Of a stretch of 63,187 bases of DNA, positions 40,703 to 49,447 are shown piece after piece. Made by a program: the position numbers and the translations under genes. Source of the DNA: an uncultured Lachnospiraceae bacterium (GTDB lineage Bacteria > Bacillota > Clostridia > TANB77 > CAG-508). The stretch is from positions 1-63,187 of the forward strand of contig CAZLWI010000001.1 in NCBI GenBank assembly GCA_964563525.1, in the 5' to 3' direction. A model generated the notes under the pieces. That model was not told the DNA's origin. It saw only the letters and a program-made list of their open reading frames with translations, and did not search any database. The stretch's first letter is position 1. Each line of letters opens with the position of its first letter.

Positions 40703-41581
40703 ATGTTTAGAAGAAAAGATGGAATATTAGTACCTGATGTTGATCCATTATTTAGAATAATACCTTTAATAATGAAAGAAAGATCTGATGCTCAAGTTTA
40801 TTATACTTATGATATTCCAATAACTGCTATTGAAGAATATATAGACAAAAAAAGAGAAGAAGGTGTTAATACTTCATATCTTCATGTTATATATGCTGCA
40901 ATGATTAGAACAGTAGCTAAAAGAGAAAAATTAAATAGATTTGTTATGTCAGGTAGAGTATACAAGAGAAATGATATAATATTCACAATGACAGCAAAGA
41001 AAAGTTTATCTGATGATGCACCTGAAACTAATTTAAAAATTAAGTTTAGAGGAAATGAAACTGTTGATGAAGTTAGAGATATATTAAATAAAGAAATTGA
41101 TAATTTTAAAACTAAAGATGATTTAAATAAACAAGATAGATTTATCGAATTATTAACTAATATGCCTTTTTGGGTGTTTAGACTAGGTGTTAATATATTA
41201 AAGAAGATGGACAAGTGGAATATATTACCACAAAAAGTTTTAGATTTAAGTCCTTTTCATGCTACAGGATATATTACAAATGTAGGTTCAATTGGCTTAG
41301 ATTCAATTTATCATCACATATATAATTTTGGTACAGTAGGAATATTTATTGCAATGGGTAAAAAAAGAAAAACATATATATATGAAGATGAAATGTTAAA
41401 AGAAGAAAAGGCTATATCTTTTTCATTTGTTTTAGATGAAAGAATATGTGATGGTTATTATTTTGCTAATTCAATTAGAGTATTTAATAAATATTTAAAA
41501 AATCCTTATTTATTAGATGAAGTAGAAGATTTATCTGAAGATGTAGAAGAAATAATAGAACAAGTTGCACCTAAAGATTAA
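40703..41581 (+). CDS. 2-oxoacid dehydrogenase E2 / CAT-like acyltransferase catalytic-domain protein
   Basis: Start set at the ATG after GGAGG (Met23 of the track ORF). The motif DERICDGYYFA corresponds to the DHRxxDG catalytic motif with His replaced by Glu. It is a stand-alone catalytic domain without lipoyl domains. Confidence 0.55.
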   Translation: MFRRKDGILVPDVDPLFRIIPLIMKERSDAQVYYTYDIPITAIEEYIDKKREEGVNTSYLHVIYAAMIRTVAKREKLNRFVMSGRVYKRNDIIFTMTAKKSLSDDAPETNLKIKFRGNETVDEVRDILNKEIDNFKTKDDLNKQDRFIELLTNMPFWVFRLGVNILKKMDKWNILPQKVLDLSPFHATGYITNVGSIGLDSIYHHIYNFGTVGIFIAMGKKRKTYIYEDEMLKEEKAISFSFVLDERICDGYYFANSIRVFNKYLKNPYLLDEVEDLSEDVEEIIEQVAPKD

Positions 41582-41596
41582 TATATTATAATAATA

Positions 41597-41665
41597 AAAA
41601 GCTAAAACTAAAAGCTAAAACTAAAAACAAAAACTAAAAATAGAAAATAGAAAATAGAAAATAAA
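41597..41665. repeat. Simple-sequence tract (AAAAGCTAAAACT x2, AAAAAC-type units, TAGAAAA x3-4)
   Basis: Read directly: aaaagctaaaactaaaagctaaaactaaaaacaaaaactaaaaatagaaaatagaaaatagaaaataaag. Confidence 0.6.
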
Positions 41666-41791
41666 GAACATATTAATAATAATTATATATAAAGGAAAAT
41701 AATATCTAAAATAATAGATATTATTTTTTGTTTGTAATATTAAGATGTTGATAAATAAGCTTTTTATGAGTTTTATTACAAAATTTACTAC

Positions 41792-41820
41792 TTGAAAATA
41801 TCCATTATCTTATATATAAT
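41792..41820 (+). promoter_or_regulatory. Candidate promoter of ruvA
   Basis: TTGAAA (41792-41797), a 17-nt spacer, then TATAAT (41815-41820). Confidence 0.45.
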
Positions 41821-41835
41821 ACATTTAGGTGAACT

Positions 41836-42417
41836 ATGTATGCATATATAAAAGGTGAAATAATTAAAATAGCTAAAGACTATTTAGTAATGGAAAATAA
41901 TAATATTGGGTATATGATTTATATGTCTGAGAGGTCTCTAAATCTGTTTAAAGAGGGAGATAAGGATATAACAATATATACTTATCAAAGTGTTAAAGAA
42001 GATGATATAAGCCTATTTGGGTTTAAAACAACTGAAGAAAAACAATTATTTGAACAATTAATTACAGTATCTGGAATAGGTGTTAAATCAGCTATTAATA
42101 TATTATCAAAAATAGAAGTATCAGATTTTGTTTTAGCTGTAATTACTTCTGATTTGACTAAATTAACTTCAATACCAGGTATTGGTAAAAAGTCAGCTCA
42201 AAGAATAGTATTAGAATTACAAGATAAATTAAAAACAGATGATGCTATTGGTATAGATAAATCAGAACAGATTGATAATGAAATATATGAAGAATTAGTA
42301 TCAGCTTTAAAGATATTAGGATATAGTACAAAAGAAATTCAAAAAATAGAGGGTAAAATAGAAAAGGAATTAGATATTGAAGAAGCTTTAAAGAAAGCTT
42401 TGAAAATTCTATCATAA
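41836..42417 (+). CDS. ruvA: Holliday junction branch migration complex subunit RuvA
   Basis: 193 aa: MYAYIKGEI, HhH motifs LITVSGIGVKSA and LTSIPGIGKKSAQRIVLEL. Confidence 0.9.
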   Translation: MYAYIKGEIIKIAKDYLVMENNNIGYMIYMSERSLNLFKEGDKDITIYTYQSVKEDDISLFGFKTTEEKQLFEQLITVSGIGVKSAINILSKIEVSDFVLAVITSDLTKLTSIPGIGKKSAQRIVLELQDKLKTDDAIGIDKSEQIDNEIYEELVSALKILGYSTKEIQKIEGKIEKELDIEEALKKALKILS

Positions 42418-42423
42418 GGTAAA

Positions 42424-42858
42424 ATGAGTCAAAGAGATTTATTTAAAAGTTTAAAAGAAGTAGAGATAATTCTTAAACATACAGATCCTAAGTTAACAAA
42501 AAAAGTTCCACAAAACTTTTTAGAGTTTATGAATGAGTGTAAGGATAATACTCATTATTTTAGAATTGATGCAACTAAACCATTATATGAACAAAATTTA
42601 ATGTATGAAACTGTTATTATTTTATCCATAATATTGAAAACAGCATGGGTAGATAAAAGAACTCTAAAAGAATTTCAAAGAAAATATAATGTAGGCGAAA
42701 ATCAATTTAAGATAGATCAAGAAAAACAAGTTCATCAAATAAATGTAGAAATGCAAGCTATGACAGTAATAAGAAAAGATGGTTTTTTTAAAAAAGTTTT
42801 TAATAGAATAGGTAAGTTTTTTGGAGTTAGAAAAACTAAGATTCGCTTACCTGATTAG
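42424..42858 (+). CDS. Hypothetical protein
   Basis: 144-aa ORF packed tightly between ruvA and the cyclophilin genes. No family recognised. Confidence 0.4.
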   Translation: MSQRDLFKSLKEVEIILKHTDPKLTKKVPQNFLEFMNECKDNTHYFRIDATKPLYEQNLMYETVIILSIILKTAWVDKRTLKEFQRKYNVGENQFKIDQEKQVHQINVEMQAMTVIRKDGFFKKVFNRIGKFFGVRKTKIRLPD

Positions 42859-42866
42859 GAGAAAAA

Positions 42867-43772
42867 ATGGCTAAACAAAAGAAAAAAGAAAGAAAAAATA
42901 AAGGTTTTCAAGCCTTAAATTTATCAGAAAAACAGTTACGAAATAGATGGATAATAGTAACAGGTATTCTAATAATATTATTTATATTAGCAATAGTATT
43001 ATCAGTATTATTATTAACAGGTAAAATTAATATTAATACAGCAACACCTTTTGCTAAAGGTGGAGACAGAGATAAAATATCTGTTGGATCTTCAGAACAA
43101 AAAGAGATGCTAAAAGAACATATGAATAAATATAATGATATTGATTTTAAAAAATTATTTAATGAACAAATGGCAAAACCACAGCAAGGTGAAGAAATTA
43201 TAGAAATATATTTTGTAGGTTCAGATAAACCAATTAAAGCTAAGTTGTTTGAGAAAGAAGTACCTGAAATTGTTAAACAATTTAAGCAATTAGTAAAAAA
43301 TGGATATTATAATAACAAAGAGATAAAAGGTAGTCCTCTAGAAGGATTATTAACTGCAATTGGTGATAGAAGTATAAAGTGGGATACAATGGAAGTAAAG
43401 ACACATGAAGTTTTACCATATGGTGGAGCATTATGTGCATATGGTTATAGAATAGATGAAAAAAACTTTGATACTGTAAACTTTCTAATATTAAATAATG
43501 AAAGAGAAGAATTTAAAAACAAACCTAAATATAATATACCTATTGTGTTAAAAGAGTTATTAGATAAAAATGCAGGTGTATTAAATTATTATCCAGAAGC
43601 AATGGTTGAAGATGAGTTTACAGGTGATAATCCATATGCTAATTTATTAGAATATATTAAAATACCGACATTTGGACAAGTTTTTGAAGGAATGGAAACA
43701 ATAGATAAAATAAGTAAACAAGATAGAATGTACACAATAAAAGAAATAAAAATAGTAAAATATGAGAGGTAA
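42867..43772 (+). CDS. Membrane-anchored cyclophilin-like protein with degenerate catalytic motifs
   Basis: 301 aa with a TM anchor. The cyclophilin-like stretch is IEIYFVGSDKPIKAKLFEKEVPEIVKQFKQLVKNGYYNN, but the expected FHRV...QGGDP region reads EIKGSPLEGLLTAIGD. Confidence 0.55.
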   Translation: MAKQKKKERKNKGFQALNLSEKQLRNRWIIVTGILIILFILAIVLSVLLLTGKININTATPFAKGGDRDKISVGSSEQKEMLKEHMNKYNDIDFKKLFNEQMAKPQQGEEIIEIYFVGSDKPIKAKLFEKEVPEIVKQFKQLVKNGYYNNKEIKGSPLEGLLTAIGDRSIKWDTMEVKTHEVLPYGGALCAYGYRIDEKNFDTVNFLILNNEREEFKNKPKYNIPIVLKELLDKNAGVLNYYPEAMVEDEFTGDNPYANLLEYIKIPTFGQVFEGMETIDKISKQDRMYTIKEIKIVKYER

Positions 43773-43774
43773 TA

Positions 43775-44536
43775 ATGAAACAAAATAAGATAATTATAGG
43801 AGTTTTAATATTTATTTTAATTGCGATAATAGGAGTATTTATATTTTTAATTGCAACAAAAGATAAGGCAGAACAAAAAATAGCAGAAAAGAAACTTGAA
43901 GAAAATAAAGACAAAAACAACGAGGAAACTGATACAGATCATGCTTCATTTGAAATGTTTAGAGAACCTCATTCGGGTGAAGAAATTGCAGTAATGGATA
44001 TTAAGGGCTATGGTAAAATAAAAATACAATTTTATGAAGATGTTGCACCTAAAGCTGTAGAGAACTTTAAAGGATTAGCAAAAAAAGGATATTATAATAA
44101 TGTAAGTTTTCATAGAGTTATTAATGATTTTATGATTCAAGGTGGTGATCCAACTGGTACAGGATCAGGTGGAGAATCTTTCTTTGGGTCATCTTTTGGA
44201 CCTGAATATAAAGATGGATATTTCCCATATAGAGGAACTTTATGTATGGCATCAGCACCTGGTATAGAAAATTCTTTATCAAGTCAGTTTTTTATAGTAC
44301 AAGCTAAGCCTTCAGCAATGGGAGAGAGTTCTATTAAAGACTTACCTGATTCAATTCAAAGAACATATATGGAAAAAGGTGGAACACCTCATCTATATAA
44401 ACAACATACTGTATTTGGATATGTATTTGAAGGAATGAACATTGTAGATAAAATAGCTAAAGTTAAGACAAATGATAATGATAAACCTTTACAAAATGTA
44501 GTTATAAACAATGTAAAGATTGAAACAGTAAAGTGA
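43775..44536 (+). CDS. Peptidyl-prolyl cis-trans isomerase, cyclophilin type, membrane-anchored
   Basis: 253 aa with a TM anchor and intact motifs SFHRVINDFMIQGGDPTGTGSGGES and HTVFGYVFEGMNIVDKI. Confidence 0.9.
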   Translation: MKQNKIIIGVLIFILIAIIGVFIFLIATKDKAEQKIAEKKLEENKDKNNEETDTDHASFEMFREPHSGEEIAVMDIKGYGKIKIQFYEDVAPKAVENFKGLAKKGYYNNVSFHRVINDFMIQGGDPTGTGSGGESFFGSSFGPEYKDGYFPYRGTLCMASAPGIENSLSSQFFIVQAKPSAMGESSIKDLPDSIQRTYMEKGGTPHLYKQHTVFGYVFEGMNIVDKIAKVKTNDNDKPLQNVVINNVKIETVK

Positions 44537-44543
44537 GGATAAT

Positions 44544-45791
44544 TTGAAGAGAGAACCACTAGCATTTAGGATGAGACCTCAAGTTTTAGAAGACTTTATA
44601 GGTCAAGAACATGTTTTAGAAGAAGGTAAACTTTTATATAATACGATAAAAACAGATAGGTTAACTAGCCTTGTAATATGGGGTCCTCCTGGATGTGGTA
44701 AAACTTCATTAGCAGAAGTTGTATCAAATACAACTAAATATAAAACATATAAGATGAATGCTGTTACTTCAGGAGTGAGTGACATTAAAAAAGTTATAGA
44801 AGAAACTGATAATCTTTTTTTAAATCCTGATGGTAAGAGCATTTTGTTTATTGATGAGATACATAGATTTAATAAAGCTCAACAAGATGTATTATTGCCA
44901 TATGTTGAAAATGGTAAAATAATATTAATAGGAACAACAACTGAAAATCCATATTTTGAAATTAATAAAGCCTTAATTTCAAGATCAATGGTTATTAGAC
45001 TAGAACCATTAAAAAAAGAAGATATTATTAAAATATTAGAAAAAGCAATTAAAGATGAAAGAGGATTAAAAGACATTCAATTTAAAATATCTAAACAACA
45101 ATTAAAATGGATTGCAGAGATATCACAAGGTGATGTAAGACATGCTTTAAATGGATTAGAGATTGCAGTATTATCTTCTAAAAGAGATAAAGATAATAAT
45201 TTAATTATTACAGATGAAGTATTAAAAGAGTCTTTTCAAGAAAGAAAACAGATATTTGGTAAGTCAGAAGATTCACATTATGACAATATATCTGCTTTTA
45301 TTAAATCAATTAGAGGCTCAGATGAAAATGCCGCATTACTATATTTAGCTAAAGCTATTGAAGGCGGAGAAGATCCAATGTTTTTAGCTAGAAGACTAGT
45401 TATATCAGCAGCAGAAGATATAGGACTTGCTAATCCTAATGCATTAGTTATTGCAACAAGTGCAATGCAGGCAGTTAAAATGATTGGGATGCCTGAATCT
45501 AGAATAATATTATCTGAAGCAACAATATATCTTGCTAAATCAGCTAAGTCTAATACAGCATATTTAGCAATAGATAAAGCGATAGAAAATATTAAAACTA
45601 GAGATACAGGTAGTATACCAATGCATATTAGGAATGCACCAATAGATAGTATGAAAGATTTTGGTTATGGTAAGGGTTATAAATATCCTCATGACTTTAA
45701 AGATGGTAAAGTTAATCAACAATATTTACCAGATGAATTAAAAGATGTAAAATACTATATTGATAAATGGGGGAATGATAAATATGACTGA
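44544..45791 (+). CDS. rarA: Replication-associated recombination protein A (RarA/MgsA)
   Basis: 415 aa with a TTG start: Walker A GPPGCGKTSLA, ILFIDEIHRFNKAQQD, and the MgsA C-terminal domain. Confidence 0.9.
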   Translation: MKREPLAFRMRPQVLEDFIGQEHVLEEGKLLYNTIKTDRLTSLVIWGPPGCGKTSLAEVVSNTTKYKTYKMNAVTSGVSDIKKVIEETDNLFLNPDGKSILFIDEIHRFNKAQQDVLLPYVENGKIILIGTTTENPYFEINKALISRSMVIRLEPLKKEDIIKILEKAIKDERGLKDIQFKISKQQLKWIAEISQGDVRHALNGLEIAVLSSKRDKDNNLIITDEVLKESFQERKQIFGKSEDSHYDNISAFIKSIRGSDENAALLYLAKAIEGGEDPMFLARRLVISAAEDIGLANPNALVIATSAMQAVKMIGMPESRIILSEATIYLAKSAKSNTAYLAIDKAIENIKTRDTGSIPMHIRNAPIDSMKDFGYGKGYKYPHDFKDGKVNQQYLPDELKDVKYYIDKWGNDKYD

Positions 45792-47370
45792 TTTTCAAAG
45801 AGAAATTTTAAAAGAAAGAGAAAATATTTCTTTTCATTATGAAAAGTCAGATATTAATATTAAATTAACTGAAGAAATAGATGGTGATGATATTAAAAAA
45901 TTAATCTATATTAATCCTATTTATTATTACTATTTTGACTTATCTAGATTTGAAAAAGAAAGTTTAAATTCTTCAGATTTTTCTTTTAAACATGAGATTC
46001 AAATGAAAATATATATTAATGAATTAAAGAAAAACAGTAATTTAAGTAATTTAACTGATGAAGAAATAGCAGAATATATTAGTGAAAAAGTATACACAAA
46101 AGAGTTCAAAGATGTTATTTTTAATATTGGTTTAGTTGAAGCTATTTCATATTATAAAATTATACCTGTTAAAAACTTTATTGTAATGGGTGAATTAAAT
46201 GAATATCAAAAGAAATGGTGGTCAAAACTAATATTTAAAGGATTGGGTGAATATAGGTATTTAAATGATCTATTAAGTATAGATGAAGAAAACTTTATTA
46301 ATATTATATCAAATCAGCCAATAGATAATGCTTCAGATATTAATATAGATAATGAAGTAAAATATATAAATATAGAGAAAGAAGGTTTTTTAATTCCGGT
46401 TGGTGGTGGTAAAGATTCAACAGTAACTTTAGAATTAATGAAACAATTTAAAAATATTAACACAATATTTGCTGTAGGTTTAAAAGGTGCTAGAAAAGAT
46501 ACCATTGAGAAGGCTGAATATAGTAAATATGAAATAGTAGAAACAGATAGAATATTTGATAATAAATTATTAGATAGAGTTGAAGATGGATATTTTAATG
46601 GACATATACCTTTTTCTTCTGTTCTAGCATTCATATCATTACTATCAGCATTAATATTAAATAAAAAATACATTGTATTATCAAACGAATCATCAGCAAA
46701 TGAACCTACAGTATATGAACATGATATTAATCATCAATATTCTAAGTCAATAGAGTTTGAAAAAGATTTTAGAGAATATGTTGATCTTATGAACATAGAT
46801 ATAGAATATTTTAGCATATTAAGACCACTTACTGAAGTCGCAATAGCAAGATTATTCTCTAAATATACTAAGTATCACAAAGTGTTTAATTCTTGTAATG
46901 TAGGTAGTAAAGGCGAGAATTGGATTTGGTGCTGTGATTGTCCAAAATGTCTTTTTTCATATATTATACTTTCACCTTTTCTATATAGAGAGCAATTAGT
47001 GAGTATTTATGGAAGAGATGTATTTGAAAATGAGAGATTACTAGAAGATATGTTAAAACTTATTGGTAAAGCTGATACAAAGCCTTTTGAATGTGTTGGA
47101 ACAAAATCAGAAACTATATTTTCTTTAAATAGATTAATGGAAAAATTAGAAGTAGCAGAAGAAACAAAGAATTTACCGTTTTTATTAGATAAATATAAGG
47201 AAATATATTTAAAAGAAAAGAATAAAACAAAATCAAAATTAGAAGAAAAAGAAATTAGTAATAATAAAATTTCTGAAAATATTAATCTATATTTTGTATA
47301 TAATAATGATAATTTTTTACCAGATTTTTTAGAAAATATAGTTAAAGAAAGTATGCAAGAAAAGGAATGA
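45784..47370 (+). CDS. PP-loop ATP-pyrophosphatase-fold protein with a C-terminal Cys cluster; candidate MurL-type epimerase
   Basis: PP-loop-like motif LIPVGGGKDSTVTLELM and Cys cluster SCNVGSKGENWIWCCDCPKC. The ATG at 45784 overlaps the rarA stop (ATGACTGA). The stop lies 4 nt before murD. Confidence 0.5.
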   Translation: MTDFQREILKERENISFHYEKSDINIKLTEEIDGDDIKKLIYINPIYYYYFDLSRFEKESLNSSDFSFKHEIQMKIYINELKKNSNLSNLTDEEIAEYISEKVYTKEFKDVIFNIGLVEAISYYKIIPVKNFIVMGELNEYQKKWWSKLIFKGLGEYRYLNDLLSIDEENFINIISNQPIDNASDINIDNEVKYINIEKEGFLIPVGGGKDSTVTLELMKQFKNINTIFAVGLKGARKDTIEKAEYSKYEIVETDRIFDNKLLDRVEDGYFNGHIPFSSVLAFISLLSALILNKKYIVLSNESSANEPTVYEHDINHQYSKSIEFEKDFREYVDLMNIDIEYFSILRPLTEVAIARLFSKYTKYHKVFNSCNVGSKGENWIWCCDCPKCLFSYIILSPFLYREQLVSIYGRDVFENERLLEDMLKLIGKADTKPFECVGTKSETIFSLNRLMEKLEVAEETKNLPFLLDKYKEIYLKEKNKTKSKLEEKEISNNKISENINLYFVYNNDNFLPDFLENIVKESMQEKE

Positions 47371-47374
47371 TTTT

Positions 47375-48793
47375 ATGTTAAAAGATTTATTAGAGTTTTT
47401 AGAAAATAAAAAAATATTAATACTAGGATTTGGAGTTGAAGGCAAGGCTTCATATCGATTTTTACGAGAATATTTTCCTAAAATGAAAATATATATTGCA
47501 GATAAAAGAGAAGTAGATAAAGAAAATGATAAAGATTTATATGTAAATTCTAAAATAGATTTTTTTAGTGATTTAGAAAATGATCTAGTTGAAATATTTA
47601 CAGGTATAAATTATCTAGATGAAATTATACTTAAAGATAAAAGAGATAAATATGATATTGTTTTAAAAACACCTGGACTTTCTTTAAAGGGAGCAGATAT
47701 TAAAGATTTTGAAAATAAAATATATACTTCAATTGATCTATTATTAAGATTTTTTAATATTTTAACAATTGGTATAACTGGAACAAAAGGGAAAAGTACA
47801 ACATCTACAATAATATATAATATGTTTAAAGATTTAGAAAAAGATGTATATTTATTAGGTAATATTGGTATACCTGTATTTGATAAAATAGCAGAATTAA
47901 AAGAAGATTCTATAGTTGTATTAGAATTATCTTCACATCAATTACAGTTTATGAAGTATACTACAAAAGTTGCAATATTAATAAATATTTACCCTGAACA
48001 TTTAGACCATTACAATTCATATAATGAATATATTGAAGCAAAATATAATATATTTAGAAACGAAAAGAATATGAAAGAAATTTATCCTGATTTTAAACAA
48101 ATTCAACTTTATGGACAAGAAACAGATGCAATGAAAGATCAAAATTATCCATATAATGAAGAAGCTATTTGTTTAGATATTGAGAAATTAGAATATAATG
48201 ATATTTTTAAAAAACTAAATTTAAAAATTAAAGGAAGACACAATTTACAAAATGCTCTTTTTGCTTTAGTTTTAGCTGATATTTTAGGTTTAGATATCAA
48301 TAAATCAATAATAAGTGTTGAGAATTTTAAGGGATTAGCTCATAGATTAGAGTATATTAATACAATTAATAATGTAGACTATTATAATGATTCAATTGCA
48401 ACAATTCCTGAAGCAACAATTAGTGCGATTAATACATTAAAAGAAACTAAGACATTAATAATAGGCGGATTAAATAGAAAACTTGATTATACAATTTTAA
48501 TTAATTTCTTAAATAATATATATGACAATAAAGATTATTTGCTTGAAAATATAATATTGTTACCATATACAGGACATGTTTTAGATAAAGATATTAGAGA
48601 AGAATATAATAAATATAAGGTAAAAGATGTTACAGAAGCTGCTATTTTAGCAGTAGAGATTACAAAAGAAGGAGTATGTCTTCTTTCGCCAGCTGCAGCA
48701 AGTTATGGATTTTATAAGAATTTTGAGGAAAGAGGAAATATTTTTAAAGATAAAATTAATGATTTAAAACAACAAAAACTATCATTAATGTAG
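47375..48793 (+). CDS. murD: UDP-N-acetylmuramoyl-L-alanine--glutamate ligase (MurD family)
   Basis: 472 aa: Rossmann N-terminus ILILGFGVEGKA, P-loop GITGTKGKSTT, Mur ligase middle and C-terminal domains. Confidence 0.85.
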   Translation: MLKDLLEFLENKKILILGFGVEGKASYRFLREYFPKMKIYIADKREVDKENDKDLYVNSKIDFFSDLENDLVEIFTGINYLDEIILKDKRDKYDIVLKTPGLSLKGADIKDFENKIYTSIDLLLRFFNILTIGITGTKGKSTTSTIIYNMFKDLEKDVYLLGNIGIPVFDKIAELKEDSIVVLELSSHQLQFMKYTTKVAILINIYPEHLDHYNSYNEYIEAKYNIFRNEKNMKEIYPDFKQIQLYGQETDAMKDQNYPYNEEAICLDIEKLEYNDIFKKLNLKIKGRHNLQNALFALVLADILGLDINKSIISVENFKGLAHRLEYINTINNVDYYNDSIATIPEATISAINTLKETKTLIIGGLNRKLDYTILINFLNNIYDNKDYLLENIILLPYTGHVLDKDIREEYNKYKVKDVTEAAILAVEITKEGVCLLSPAAASYGFYKNFEERGNIFKDKINDLKQQKLSLM

Positions 48794-48885
48794 TAAAACT
48801 AATTTAAATATGCAACAAAGAATAAATTTAAGAAGGGAAGCAGCAGAACTAAGATCTCAAGATCAATATATTGAACTTATTAATA

Positions 48886-49371
48886 ATGTTTGAAGTAGCA
48901 GATATATCACCAGCACTATTAGTATTAGGCTTTTTAATATTTATACCATTTATAGGACCAATTATTGTTGGAACTGCATTTTTTGTTTTAAAAATTGTAG
49001 TAGCTGTTAAAGTTTCAAAAGTATTTGGAAAATCAGGAGGATTTGCAGTAGGTATAATTTTCTTACCAACAATTTTCTATAGTATTTTAGGTTTTGGTAA
49101 AGCGAAATACATGGAAGAGAAAGAGAAGACTAAGGAAGAAAAAAAAGGTAGTCCAGAAGAAGTTAAAGAAATAAAAGCTCAAACAAAAACTATTGAATCT
49201 AAAGTTGTTAAAGAAGAAAAAAAGGAAGAAAAGCCTAAAACTACAGCAAAAAAAACTGAGACAACAACTGTCAAAAAAGAAGAAGTAAAAGTTAAAAAAC
49301 CAGAAGCTAAAACAACTAAAAAGCCAACAACCAAAATAGCTGAACCAAAAACAAAAAAAGATACAAAATAA
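48886..49371 (+). CDS. Small membrane protein (DUF5684-like) with a Lys/Glu/Thr-rich tail
   Basis: Hydrophobic N-terminal half with FGKSGGFAVGIIFLPTIFYSILGFGKAKY and a low-complexity C-terminal half. The start is uncertain (TTG 48871 or ATG 48886). Confidence 0.5.
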   Translation: MFEVADISPALLVLGFLIFIPFIGPIIVGTAFFVLKIVVAVKVSKVFGKSGGFAVGIIFLPTIFYSILGFGKAKYMEEKEKTKEEKKGSPEEVKEIKAQTKTIESKVVKEEKKEEKPKTTAKKTETTTVKKEEVKVKKPEAKTTKKPTTKIAEPKTKKDTK

Positions 49372-49447
49372 TAAAACAAAGTATAAAAACTAAAATAAAA
49401 AGTTAATTAAAGGAAAGATAAATCATATTTGATAATAGGAGTTTTTA

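Noticed and set aside
48810-48893. 27-aa ORF MQQRINLRREAAELRSQDQYIELINNV between murD and the DUF5684-like gene
   Set aside because: It has no Shine-Dalgarno sequence and overlaps the start of the downstream gene. It is too short to evaluate without expression data.
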